A stretch of 64,000 nucleotides of DNA from Roseibacillus sp. (lineage in GTDB: Bacteria; Verrucomicrobiota; Verrucomicrobiia; Verrucomicrobiales; Akkermansiaceae), in NCBI GenBank assembly GCA_051251855.1, contig JBPOGI010000002.1, positions 32,001 through 96,000 on the forward strand, read 5' to 3'. Positions within the stretch are counted from its first letter, which is position 1. Each line of letters starts with the position of its first letter. The notes below the pieces were generated by a model that saw nothing but the letters and a program-made list of their open reading frames with translations, did no database searches and had not been told where the DNA came from. Of this stretch, positions 1 through 9,557 are shown one piece after another. Made by a program: the position numbers and the translations under genes.

Positions 1-883
1 TATTTTGACCGTAGATGAGATTGGTGGTGACTCCCCAGCGTCTGGAATCATAGGTCAGAGCAAGGGAAGTGCCATGGTTGTATCCTAGCGCATTACTGGT
101 TCTAGTGGGATTGGTTTGGGCGTGGTCCAAGAGGAGTATCCATTCATCGGAGATTTGCCATTCGAGGCTTCCGTAATAGAAGACTCCATCATCCCAGTCT
201 GCGAGAAGGTCTGAGCTATCCTCATTACTAAAAACACCGAGAACCGCAGTCCAATCTGCTTTTTCGAGTTCGATGGTAAAGCCGGTGGGTCGTGATTGGG
301 CTCCACCCAAGAGGTCGCTCAAATTACTGCGTTCGATGGCTTTGAGGTTGTTGGAGGAGGTGTGGACTTCTTCGGAGAGTTTGAGCTTTATTCGACCATA
401 GGATAATTTGATTTCGTCAAATGGCCCTTTGCCGAGAGCATCTCCTAAGTTGAATTCGAGAGCGACGGTATCAAAGGTGTCGTGGCCCCAGTCGAGGGAG
501 TTTTCAGGGGCAACGCGATAGCGACGGTCATCCACAAGGTTGATACCTACTTCGAGTTCGAAGTATTTTAGAAAGTCGATCTCGGCTGCGACACGTGCTC
601 GGCGAAATTCTACAAAGTTATGGTCGAAGCCAGTGCCACGAACATCTTCTCCTTCGACTCGTCCAAATTGGTAGTGGAATTTGCCGCTGAGTTGAACCTT
701 TTCAATCCAAGGGTTCTTCTTGTTTCGATAGATTTCTCCGGGGTCATCCGACCACCATTCACAGAAGTCACTGGCCCAGCAACTGGTCTCGTTTTCAAAG
801 ACCTCAGGCTCATAGTCAAAAGCCTCTTTCCCCTGGGAGATCGAAGCCAAGAGCGCGACGGCTGGAAAGAGGAGTTTTTTCAT
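1..883 (-). CDS. Phosphate-selective porin (OprO/OprP-like), 3' part runs off the window edge
   Basis: Not in the ORF track. Manual translation from ATG at 883 gives signal peptide MKKLLFPAVALLASISQG, then SGKFHYQF, EFRRARV and EEVHTSSNNLKAIERS, which resemble porin O/P motifs; directly downstream of DUF4956/VTC. Confidence 0.65.
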   Translation of the reverse strand, partial: MKKLLFPAVALLASISQGKEAFDYEPEVFENETSCWASDFCEWWSDDPGEIYRNKKNPWIEKVQLSGKFHYQFGRVEGEDVRGTGFDHNFVEFRRARVAAEIDFLKYFELEVGINLVDDRRYRVAPENSLDWGHDTFDTVALEFNLGDALGKGPFDEIKLSYGRIKLKLSEEVHTSSNNLKAIERSNLSDLLGGAQSRPTGFTIELEKADWTAVLGVFSNEDSSDLLADWDDGVFYYGSLEWQISDEWILLLDHAQTNPTRTSNALGYNHGTSLALTYDSRRWGVTTNLIYGQN

Positions 884-895
884 GGCGGTTAGAAG

Positions 896-1630
896 CTAGC
901 TATCAAACTCGTGTGAGGTGGGAACAAGTACGACGCGATTGTTGCCGCAAGCAAGGTGCAACGCCTCCATGAACTTCTTAATGCTGACTCCTTCTTTCAA
1001 AATGAGGCCATAGCGCAGTTCGGTCATCATTCCTGCTTGTGCAGAAGAGACACGAGTAAGATGCGCTGATTCCGCGAACTCTTTGAAGATAGTTTCCATG
1101 AGCTCATCGTAATCGATATCGCAACCAACGCGCACGGTGAGGAGGTGAGAGGCTTTCTTGGGCGCGAAGGCATCCATGCGCGTAAGAATGAAGATCGCGG
1201 TGCTGACGATGACCGTAATCACGGCAGCCATGGCGTATTCCCGAGCGCCGACGACCATTCCAATCGCCATGGCGAAAAAGACAAAACCAAGGTCGCGAGA
1301 CTGGCCTAGATTGCGGCGAAAGCGAATCATGGAAAAGGCCGCAAACATTCCGAACGCCACGGCGCCGTTGCCATTCACGACCATGATCAAGACCGTGGTG
1401 ACTACCCCAATCATGATGAGGGTTTGAACGAAGTCCTGAGAGTATCGGGTGCCCTTGTAGGTTGATTTGTAGAGGGCCGCGATGAAAAGGTTCAGGGCGA
1501 TACTCAGGAGCATGGCCGCGATGATTTCTATCACTTCAGGAAGGCTACCGCTGTTTCCAGAGCTTAGGTTGTCGAGGAAGCTGCCAGCGGCGAGGAGACT
1601 TGGATGGTTACTAAGGAGGTGTGCTATCAT
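896..1630 (-). CDS. DUF4956 family membrane protein
   Basis: Motifs YSQDFVQTL, AFGMFAAFSMIRFRR, DLGFVFFAMAIGM; usual partner of VTC-domain genes. Confidence 0.85.
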   Translation of the reverse strand: MIAHLLSNHPSLLAAGSFLDNLSSGNSGSLPEVIEIIAAMLLSIALNLFIAALYKSTYKGTRYSQDFVQTLIMIGVVTTVLIMVVNGNGAVAFGMFAAFSMIRFRRNLGQSRDLGFVFFAMAIGMVVGAREYAMAAVITVIVSTAIFILTRMDAFAPKKASHLLTVRVGCDIDYDELMETIFKEFAESAHLTRVSSAQAGMMTELRYGLILKEGVSIKKFMEALHLACGNNRVVLVPTSHEFDS

Positions 1631-2337
1631 TGAGAGAATTGAGAACGTTCGATGGCGGCAGAGTATTTACTGAAGCCGCGGGGAGCGAGGCGTAATTCGC
1701 CAATCACTTGTCGAAACCAAAAGGGAACTGGGCCAATGGTTTTGACTTCCATGATGGATTGCCCAGGTTCAAGAAGATTGACGTCAAAGTCTTTGTCGCC
1801 AGGGGTGAGAGCTTTGCCGCCGAAGCGGCAGCAGACATTGTCGTCGAAGGTGATGCGGATGGTTCCATCGGGACCGCTGTCGTAGGCGAAGCGGTCGTAG
1901 CGAATCTGAACCATGGGCTTGCCATGTGATTCGACGAGTTCATTGACTTCGTGCACGACGTGCTCGAATTCGGATTCGCTGTCGCAGGACATGCCGCTCT
2001 GGTGGACTTTAGCAAGTTGCTCGACTTCGCAGGGCATGCGTCTTTTCACCGTCACGCCATCCAGCTTGTGCTTCACCTCAATGAAAGCGGTTGGGGGAAT
2101 CGTGGCGTCATCGCGACCGTAGAGCCGACTCCGGAGTTTGCGTCTGTTAGGCACTCCGAGCATTTTTTGCCAATAGTTGTGGAGATCGTCAGAGTCGTAA
2201 TATTCCGATAGGATAGGATAGCCACCAACCGCATGTTCATCTTCTTCCAAGTGCTCGGCAACGCGTCTACGAACTTCTTTGGAGGTGCTTTCATCAAGCA
2301 CAAATTTGAATTCTCTCCTGTTCTGACTAGCAAGCAT
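1627..2337 (-). CDS. VTC-domain (polyphosphate polymerase-like) protein
   Basis: RREFKF, KLRSRLY, FIEVKHK, IRYDRFAY, IRITFD, IMEVK, FSKY motifs; likely start is ATG 2337 rather than 2511. Confidence 0.85.
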   Translation of the reverse strand: MLASQNRREFKFVLDESTSKEVRRRVAEHLEEDEHAVGGYPILSEYYDSDDLHNYWQKMLGVPNRRKLRSRLYGRDDATIPPTAFIEVKHKLDGVTVKRRMPCEVEQLAKVHQSGMSCDSESEFEHVVHEVNELVESHGKPMVQIRYDRFAYDSGPDGTIRITFDDNVCCRFGGKALTPGDKDFDVNLLEPGQSIMEVKTIGPVPFWFRQVIGELRLAPRGFSKYSAAIERSQFSQ

Positions 2338-2516
2338 AGTTGTTTTGGCACTCGGCGACACCGAAGGTTCTTTTATTGTACTTCGAAAAGTGGGTCCAAT
2401 TCCATCGTAAAGTTCACGGAAGAAGTCGTTTGTGATTTTTCTGAGAACGGGGAACGGTTTTTCGAAGGTGAAATTGGAGGAGTTAGGAAGCAACAACCTC
2501 CGAAAAAACACATTTA

Positions 2517-2545
2517 TTATTGATGTTGAGTCTCGTTATCAATAA
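2517..2545. promoter_or_regulatory. Fur-box-like palindrome
   Basis: TTATTGATGTTGAGTCTCGTTATCAATAA; 8-bp terminal inverted repeat; the 19-mer 2522-2540 matches GATAATGATAATCATTATC at 13-14/19; upstream of an iron/heme-uptake cluster. Confidence 0.6.
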
Positions 2546-2646
2546 GGGTTTTCTCGAAGAGAACCCCTTCTTTAAGTATTTACTCAACTACTCTCCATCA
2601 AGAACTGGGACCGCTAGCGACTCGACTGAGGCGATTTAGCGACCCT

Positions 2647-3426
2647 TTGGGCGGCCGTCACGATTGGGTCAATGAGCTGGAAGAGAATTCTTTGCATCTC
2701 ATTCTCAATCTCCGGGGTGAAGGGCTCGTGATGGCGCCGGGAACGCGTATCACCCTCCTTCCAGAAACCCTCGCCATCTTTCAACTCGGTTCTCGAAGCA
2801 AAAATTGCATCGCTACCCGCTTCGATCATTCGAAAGAACACGATTTTCTTCTTTTGACGGCGGAGTCTCATGTTTTGGAGAAGCTGTTTCGTTCCCCGAT
2901 TCCTTTGCTGACGAAAAATCTGGGATTCATTCGACGTTGGAGTTCACGAGAGCAGCAGCTTTTTCAAGACCTCGTTTCTCCGCCTGTTGCCGAAGCGGCG
3001 CGGCATGCGTGGCTTCAGGCAAAGACTCTTGAGTTACTCACGTTGAATTTGTTTCACCGCCAAGAGGGAGGAGAGCCTCTTTTCTGCCAGAGTTTGAAGG
3101 AAAAAACGCACCGCTACGTCCGGCAAGCGCTAGAGCTTTTGCAGGGGCGCATCACCGAGTCGTTAGACCTCAAGGATTTGGCGGAAGATGTGGGCTGCGC
3201 GCCTCACTATCTCAGTCGATTGGTAAAGCAAGAAACGGGGAAGACCCTCTCGTTGCACTTGCGAGCTTTTCGAATTGAGAAAGCCGCTGAACTTCTCGCT
3301 GGGGGTCAATACAACGTGACCGAAGTGGCCTATGAAGTGGGATACAACTCACTCTCCCATTTTTCGAAAGCATTTCAGGAGGAACAAGGAGTCTCTCCTT
3401 CGTCGTTTCTACGACGTAAGCAGTAG
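2647..3426 (+). CDS. AraC family transcriptional regulator
   Basis: C-terminal double HTH (LAEDVGCAPHYLSRL; VTEVAYEVGYNSLSHFSKAF); start uncertain, no upstream ATG in frame. Confidence 0.9.
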   Translation: MGGRHDWVNELEENSLHLILNLRGEGLVMAPGTRITLLPETLAIFQLGSRSKNCIATRFDHSKEHDFLLLTAESHVLEKLFRSPIPLLTKNLGFIRRWSSREQQLFQDLVSPPVAEAARHAWLQAKTLELLTLNLFHRQEGGEPLFCQSLKEKTHRYVRQALELLQGRITESLDLKDLAEDVGCAPHYLSRLVKQETGKTLSLHLRAFRIEKAAELLAGGQYNVTEVAYEVGYNSLSHFSKAFQEEQGVSPSSFLRRKQ

Positions 3427-3485
3427 CATCAAAATACGTTCATCGTGGTGGTGTCGTTATCCTAAGCTGAGAGCTGGCCAATTGG

Positions 3486-3511
3486 CAATCGAGCGCTAAC
3501 TCAGCACAATG
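3486..3511 (+). promoter_or_regulatory. Putative AraC-type operator, copy 1 (other copies at 6810, 7690, 8518)
   Basis: CAATCGAGCG with a second CAA(T/C) half-site 21 bp downstream; recurs in front of several cluster genes. Confidence 0.55.
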
Positions 3512-3543
3512 CCCCGTTAGCGGACTGGTCGTGAAAATGCAGA

Positions 3544-4503
3544 ATGAGGTCGATGAAAGCACCACTCGTTTCCCTGTTTATTGCCACGCTTGCCGCTCCG
3601 CTTCTTTCTGCGGAGAGTCAATTCGAACAAGACCGTTCAGCTATTCTTGCGATGGCAGGGGCTTTCAAGGTTGAGTTTAATTTTGAAGAGGTCGTGGCAT
3701 TGGTTCCAGACTATGAACTTACGAAGCCCTATCAGTCCGAAGCCAAAGAGTTGGTCAAAGTCGTCGAGGACAAGGGAGACGAGATCACGCTTCAGCATCT
3801 TCTTGTGGTGAACGATATGGATGGTCCTAGAGTCATCAAGCACTGGGCTCAGATTTGGATCTACGAAGACCAACATACACTCACTTATGAAGGGAATCTC
3901 ACTTGGTTGCCTATCGAGCAAGAGGAAGATGAGGTGAAGGGGACTTGGAGCCAGTATGTGACTCAGGTTGATGATAGCCCGCGCTACAAGGCTTCGGGGC
4001 AATGGGTGCATGAGGGGAATTATTCTTCTTGGACGTCGGAGGTGACGAACCGTCCTCTGCCTCGCAGAGAGTATACTAGGCGCTCGGACTATGATTTGCT
4101 CAAGGTAGTGAACCGCCACATCATCACTCCGACGGGTTGGGTGCACACTCAAGACAATCGCAAGTATGTGCGTCGCAACGGTGAGAATCGTTCTCTCTGT
4201 ATTGAGGCGGGAATCAATACCTACGAGCGCGTCACCGAGCCCGATGAAGTCGATAAGGAAGACTTCGCTGCGGCGGAAGCCTATTGGTCGAAGACCTTCC
4301 CGTTTTGGGCAGAGGTTCGCGGTGTTTGGAACAAAAATATTCACGAGGTCGCGGGCCCTGTGAGCTATCGTTCTCGTCTGAATCCCAAGGATAAACAAAA
4401 TCTCATGGCGCGTATGGGTGACCTCGCCCAAACCTTCACTTCGGACCCTGACGCCGCAGGTCGAGCGCAAATTGAAGAGCTTCTCAGCGAGCATTTACAA
4501 TAG
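3544..4503 (+). CDS. DUF6607-like exported protein
   Basis: Signal peptide; DRSAILAMAG, LQHLLV, VIKHWAQ, QVDDSPRY, RPLPRREY, GWVHTQDN motifs; family recalled from iron-uptake loci. Confidence 0.7.
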   Translation: MRSMKAPLVSLFIATLAAPLLSAESQFEQDRSAILAMAGAFKVEFNFEEVVALVPDYELTKPYQSEAKELVKVVEDKGDEITLQHLLVVNDMDGPRVIKHWAQIWIYEDQHTLTYEGNLTWLPIEQEEDEVKGTWSQYVTQVDDSPRYKASGQWVHEGNYSSWTSEVTNRPLPRREYTRRSDYDLLKVVNRHIITPTGWVHTQDNRKYVRRNGENRSLCIEAGINTYERVTEPDEVDKEDFAAAEAYWSKTFPFWAEVRGVWNKNIHEVAGPVSYRSRLNPKDKQNLMARMGDLAQTFTSDPDAAGRAQIEELLSEHLQ

Positions 4504-4552
4504 CCATTTCACTTCTTCAGATTCAATCAACGCTCTTAACCTAAATATCGTC

Positions 4553-6778
4553 TTGCTTGCTTTCAAATCATCTTCGTCCTGGGGCTGGGTTCTCTTGGGT
4601 TGCGGTCTCTCGGGGACGGTAATTGGTCAAGAATTCGAATTGGAAGAGGTCGTGGTGGTTGCTTCCAGAGTGGAGGAGCCCAGGCCCACCAATCGAACTG
4701 TTGGCTCTTCAACCGCCATCACGGCAGAGGAGATTCTTGCCGCGGGTGCAACGAACCTATCGGACGTCTTTAAGTATGAACCAGGAGTTTCGATCCCTTT
4801 CGATACCGCAGGGGTAGATGGCCTAGTTCCCTATCTTGGAGGGGGAGATTCTGCGATTAACATTCGCGGCCTCGAGGGCAACCGCATCTCGATCAATATT
4901 GATGGCATTCGGCAGCCTGAGGATTTCGTGGCTAAGTCCTTCGATGGCTCAGGTGGACCGGGCCGAATTTACTTCGACCCCGCGGTTTTCTCGCAGGTCG
5001 AACTTTCTAAGTCCGCAGCATCGTCTCTCTACGGTTCTGATGCCTTAGGGGGAGTGGTGTCGGGGCGGACCGAGTCTGCCCTCACTTTGCTGGGACCGGA
5101 GCTGGAGGGATATGCGCTGCGGAACAGTCTCACCTTTGCGTCCGTGAATGAGTCGCTTCACAACCGAGTGGCTCATGCTTTTGGAAATGGTCGCACGGCG
5201 GCTTCTGTTGTTTACTCCTACCGTCGAGGGCAAGAACGCCAAAACAATTCCTACTTCCCCGCGAACCCAGCCGATTTTGAATCTCATGCTTATGTGGCGA
5301 CTCTGAATTGGCGGCCTAGTGACGACTCGTTGGTGACCTTCACCGCCGACCATTATCTCTCGGACTCTTTTGTCGATGTCAATAGTTCCGAAGGAGACAC
5401 GGGGCAGGGGATCGTCAATCAGTTTGTGACTTCGGAAGACGCGCGGGAACGGCTTCGATTCTCCTTGGACTACGAAACCAAGCCCGACGTGCCGCATCTG
5501 CTTTTTGATTCTCTCAAGTTGTCTTCCTATTGGCAGGATGCCACTTCGGCGACCGACAATATCCAGCAGGGAATTGCCTTCGGAGGGCTGCGGGATTGGT
5601 TCAATGATATCGATTACCGGACCATCATTTTAGGGCAAAGCTTAGAGGCTGAAAAATCACTGGGGAACCATACCATCACCTATGGAGTGGAGGGTTCCCA
5701 CACTGAAGTGGAAGCCTCGTTCTTTCGGACTCAGAACTTTCCGGGAGGGAGTTCCATCCTTCAGGACCTCATTGGAATGGCTCCCTCGGATGTCTTGCGC
5801 GGAGGGATTTATGTCTCGGACCGCATCACTTTTGGAGACCGCAAGCAACTGGTCCTCACGCCCGCTCTTCGGCTCGACTACTATTCGGTGACTCCTGAGA
5901 ACACGGAGTCCTTTCTCGCCCTCAGCCAAGATACCACTGCTACGGACTATCAAAACATTTCGCTCTCTCCCTCGTTGGCGGTCCGCTACAACGTGAGTGA
6001 CGAACTCAACTTCTTTGGTTCTTGGTCGCAGGGAACACGCAATCCTTCGGCGGAAGAGTTGAATGGAGTTTTTGTTCATGGCGCACAATCCATCGTCATT
6101 CCAAATCCCGACCTCGATGAAGAGCGTTCCAATTCGTTTGAGATCGGGTTTCAATTCGAGAACTCCATTTTCAACGCCCAAGTTTCTGGATACTATAATC
6201 TCTACGATCAGTTTTTTGAGAGCAATATTGCTACGGGAGAATTCACCACGACGGGGCAAGAGATTCTGCAAACCCGTAACCTCGCCGAAGCGGAAATCTA
6301 CGGAGTGGAATTCAAGAGTGACTGGCGTGTTGGGGAGCAGTTCGATTCTTTGCAGGGCCTTTCCGTGGGAGGTTCTCTCGCTTGGAGCGAAGGCCGATAT
6401 GATGATGGTATCAATGGAGATGCTCCTCTCAACTCGATTGAGCCTTGGAAAGCGGTTGGCTACCTCTCCTACGATCATCCCGATGAAAAATGGGGAGCGC
6501 GCCTGACCGCAACTTATTCCGCCGCTAAAGAAGATTCGGATATCGATGGCGACTCTTCCATCCCCGCTGATTCTTGGCTCACGCTGGACTTCGCGGCGAG
6601 TTATCAATTAGGAGAAGGGGTCACCCTTCGCGGAGGCGTTGCTAACCTGTTAGACGAAGAATATATTCTTTGGTCCAACGCGCGGCGAGGAAACGGGCAT
6701 GGCTCGACTGAGTTGCCCAACTCCTTTTTTACGCAGCCGGGCCGCACCTTCTTTGTCGCTTGTGACATTGCTTTTTAA
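4553..6778 (+). CDS. TonB-dependent receptor, hemoglobin/heme type
   Basis: TonB box EEVVVVA, plug INIRGLEGNR and SSLYGSDALGGVV, NPDL motif, C-terminal Phe; start probably TTG 4553. Confidence 0.9.
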   Translation: MLAFKSSSSWGWVLLGCGLSGTVIGQEFELEEVVVVASRVEEPRPTNRTVGSSTAITAEEILAAGATNLSDVFKYEPGVSIPFDTAGVDGLVPYLGGGDSAINIRGLEGNRISINIDGIRQPEDFVAKSFDGSGGPGRIYFDPAVFSQVELSKSAASSLYGSDALGGVVSGRTESALTLLGPELEGYALRNSLTFASVNESLHNRVAHAFGNGRTAASVVYSYRRGQERQNNSYFPANPADFESHAYVATLNWRPSDDSLVTFTADHYLSDSFVDVNSSEGDTGQGIVNQFVTSEDARERLRFSLDYETKPDVPHLLFDSLKLSSYWQDATSATDNIQQGIAFGGLRDWFNDIDYRTIILGQSLEAEKSLGNHTITYGVEGSHTEVEASFFRTQNFPGGSSILQDLIGMAPSDVLRGGIYVSDRITFGDRKQLVLTPALRLDYYSVTPENTESFLALSQDTTATDYQNISLSPSLAVRYNVSDELNFFGSWSQGTRNPSAEELNGVFVHGAQSIVIPNPDLDEERSNSFEIGFQFENSIFNAQVSGYYNLYDQFFESNIATGEFTTTGQEILQTRNLAEAEIYGVEFKSDWRVGEQFDSLQGLSVGGSLAWSEGRYDDGINGDAPLNSIEPWKAVGYLSYDHPDEKWGARLTATYSAAKEDSDIDGDSSIPADSWLTLDFAASYQLGEGVTLRGGVANLLDEEYILWSNARRGNGHGSTELPNSFFTQPGRTFFVACDIAF

Positions 6779-6855
6779 GGGGCACAGCCCATCGGCCACT
6801 AAAGAAGAGCAACCGAGCGACAGTGCGTTTCTGGTGTTTGAGCCACCTTTGAGAT

Positions 6856-7683
6856 ATGAAATTGATGTCCTGTAGCCTCCTCCTGGCTGTTCCGCTATGC
6901 GCAGACACGAGCGGCTTGCTTGTTCCTGCGTTGCGAGGTTCTAACAGTACTGCCTATGCTGAGTGGGATACCTTCAGCGGCCTCAGCACCGTCAATGGCA
7001 CGGGTTCCGCCTCACCCGATGCGGTGCATCAGCTTACTGGAGCCGTGTTGACTCAGTCCTCGCCGCTCTCTTTTCCGGGAGGATTGAAATACACTACCGC
7101 CACTGACTTGCGGGTTTACACCTTTGATTCCGCCACGAACTGGACTCTTTCGGGCACTTCCGATGTGGGCTACAATCGTGCCACTCTGCGCACGGTGGAG
7201 CTTCTCGACTCCTCTCGCGGCGATGGCGAGGAACCCGTTGGTCTTACGGATTACAGTGTCACTCTCAATACAGTGTTGCCTGCCTCGACCTCCACTGAGG
7301 CCCGAACTGAAACGGTGACCATCAACGGTTATTCCTTCGACCGCGATATCGCAATCACCACCTTTATCTGGGAATTGCCCCAAGAGGTCACTGCCTTGAA
7401 TCTCATTCTTCTTGGTCCCGCTGATTCTCATGATTCTCTTGATGCCTTTGTTCTCGATCTAGAAAACGTTAGTGAGCTGCCCACACCGCAAATCTCGGTA
7501 GCGGGTAATCAGGTGACGGTGTTGTGGCCTGAGAGTTCATCTGCCACTTTGCAATCGAGTGACGATATCACGGACTCTCACAATTGGCTGGATGTCACCA
7601 CTGGCGTGGGCATCGTCAACGGATTTCACTCCATCACTTTCACTGCTGGTGCTGTGCCTACCTTCTTTCGTTTCCGCCAATGA
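6856..7683 (+). CDS. Secreted protein with C-terminal 'FFR' domain, related to the downstream PEP-CTERM protein
   Basis: Signal peptide; YAEWDTF and HDSLDAF motifs; ends PTFFRFRQ. Confidence 0.65.
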   Translation: MKLMSCSLLLAVPLCADTSGLLVPALRGSNSTAYAEWDTFSGLSTVNGTGSASPDAVHQLTGAVLTQSSPLSFPGGLKYTTATDLRVYTFDSATNWTLSGTSDVGYNRATLRTVELLDSSRGDGEEPVGLTDYSVTLNTVLPASTSTEARTETVTINGYSFDRDIAITTFIWELPQEVTALNLILLGPADSHDSLDAFVLDLENVSELPTPQISVAGNQVTVLWPESSSATLQSSDDITDSHNWLDVTTGVGIVNGFHSITFTAGAVPTFFRFRQ

Positions 7684-7762
7684 TTCGAGCAATCGAGCAC
7701 TAGCTCTCGACAACTTAGCGACAGCGCTAATCTGATAGATACTCCAAGTTTTCCTCAACCAA

Positions 7763-8443
7763 ATGAAAAACAAATACATTACGAGTCTACTCCTCGCCGG
7801 TAGAATCTCTTGCTCTGCGACTACCACTTTTCTCAATGACCCCAATAGTCTTGTGGGGGCTTCCTGGGATGTTTGGACTCAGCAGAGCGCGGTGGTGGTC
7901 AGCGGTCTCGACCAAGGCGCTACCCAGTCTATCTTTGGTTCCTTAGGTGTGACTGGTAGTTCGGTATCTACTGATATTTTGCAGGCTTATGATAATGAGT
8001 CCTTCACGGGTCTTGGATTTAATTCGAGCACGTATTATGTCCATAACGGAGCTTTCCAATGGAACGGACTTCTCTCGATATCGGAGGCAGTGACTTTTGC
8101 TCGAGTCAGCTATGCACTCGTGGGTGGGGGACCTGGGGGCGCGCTCGTGGGCTTTGAGAATGCGCCATCGATTGCGGGAGCATCGCTCCTTGCTTCTGGG
8201 AGCTATGACACCACTGAATCGACCGTGTTTTACTATGATTTTGCCCTTTCGAGTGCGAGCGCCAGCTTGCAGAGCTCGTTTGGCGATGTGGTCACTCCTG
8301 GTTTTTACCCTGGAAGCTTCCGCTCATTGGATGCCATTCAGATTGAGGGGCTTGATGTGGCTCCGACTGTGATTCCAGAACCTTCATCACTCCTCCTTTC
8401 TTTTCTTGCGGGCCTTACTGCTTTGGCTCGTCGGAGACGGTAG
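7763..8443 (+). CDS. PEP-CTERM sorting-domain surface protein
   Basis: C-terminus IPEPSSLLLSFLAGLTALARRRR. Confidence 0.9.
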   Translation: MKNKYITSLLLAGRISCSATTTFLNDPNSLVGASWDVWTQQSAVVVSGLDQGATQSIFGSLGVTGSSVSTDILQAYDNESFTGLGFNSSTYYVHNGAFQWNGLLSISEAVTFARVSYALVGGGPGGALVGFENAPSIAGASLLASGSYDTTESTVFYYDFALSSASASLQSSFGDVVTPGFYPGSFRSLDAIQIEGLDVAPTVIPEPSSLLLSFLAGLTALARRRR

Positions 8444-8596
8444 CAATTTCACGAGGATGGCTGGTTGCTCATGGCCTGTTCTTTCATTTATCAGGCCATG
8501 AGCCCTCTTCAAAATGACAATCGAGCGACAACTTCGGGCAATGGCCCATCAGAGGGCTTGCCTGATTGTCCTTAAGCTAGAGCCCTTCCAGTTGAT

Positions 8597-9553
8597 ATGA
8601 ATCATTCACCTTCCGACAGCGCCAGACACACCCCGAAGTTGCTTGTGGTGCCTAGTGAGGAGTTGACACTTGCTCCGAGCTTGGTGCAGTCGAAGAAACG
8701 CTGGGGGAGTGGCATGGTTTCTTTTGCGATAGCCTCTGCTATTTTGTGTCTTTGCGGAGTTGCTTTTGCATTGGCCCATATTTCGACCCTCGAGCCCGAC
8801 GCCTCTCCTATCTTGGTTCACTCGAGTCCACCTTTGAGAAAGGAGAATACTGAGGAGAGTGCGACTCCGGTATCGGCCTCTAGTCGTGTGGTTTCCCTTC
8901 CTCCGAGTCCTCTACAAAATCGAGTCCAGCCTCATGCAATCCTCTCGGTGTCCGCTCCGGAGTCCTCGTTCTCTTTTCCGTCAGTTGAAGAGTTAGGAAT
9001 GGATGCCAGCGAGAAAATCGCTCTTCTGGAAAAACTTAACGCGCAGGAAGAGGAGCGCATGAATCAACTCTTACTCGCTGAAAAAGCGGCTGAGGAAGAG
9101 AAGAAGAAGCTGGTAGAACTGGCTCTTCAGAAACGTTTGGAAGACGAGCGGCGAGAGAAAGAGCTTCTCGCGCAGCAGGAGGAAGCTGCTCGCAGGCAGC
9201 GTGAGGTGGCTGCACTCCGTCAGTCCCAAGTGCGCGAGCAGGCTGAACGGGACAGGGCGACTTCTTTGGCGCGGCAGGTGTCGAGGGCGCCTACGGTCTC
9301 AAAACGGTCTCAGCCTCGCTATCCGAGTAGTGCCCGCAAGGCGGGGTTTGAAGGAACGACGCGCATTTCCGCAACGGTCACTTCATCAGGAAAAGTGGAA
9401 GCTCCCCACGTAGTAGTGAGCTCGGGTCACAGCTCGTTGGATTCTTCGGCACTCGCGGCGGTGAAGAAGTGGCACTTCAATCCTGCCCAGAATTCCGTGG
9501 GAGACTCGATCGCCTATCAGCTGACGATTCCTGTCACTTTTCGTTTAAACTAG
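8597..9553 (+). CDS. tonB: TonB energy transducer
   Basis: N-terminal TM helix, Pro/coiled-coil linker, TonB_C motifs PRYPSSARKAGFEG, SSGHSSLD, AVKKWHFNPA. Confidence 0.85.
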   Translation: MNHSPSDSARHTPKLLVVPSEELTLAPSLVQSKKRWGSGMVSFAIASAILCLCGVAFALAHISTLEPDASPILVHSSPPLRKENTEESATPVSASSRVVSLPPSPLQNRVQPHAILSVSAPESSFSFPSVEELGMDASEKIALLEKLNAQEEERMNQLLLAEKAAEEEKKKLVELALQKRLEDERREKELLAQQEEAARRQREVAALRQSQVREQAERDRATSLARQVSRAPTVSKRSQPRYPSSARKAGFEGTTRISATVTSSGKVEAPHVVVSSGHSSLDSSALAAVKKWHFNPAQNSVGDSIAYQLTIPVTFRLN

Positions 9554-9557
9554 CTGG

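Noticed and set aside
85..892. Short ORFs 85-306, 610-819 and 620-892
   Set aside because: They overlap the porin-like reading frame that starts at 883 and runs off the window
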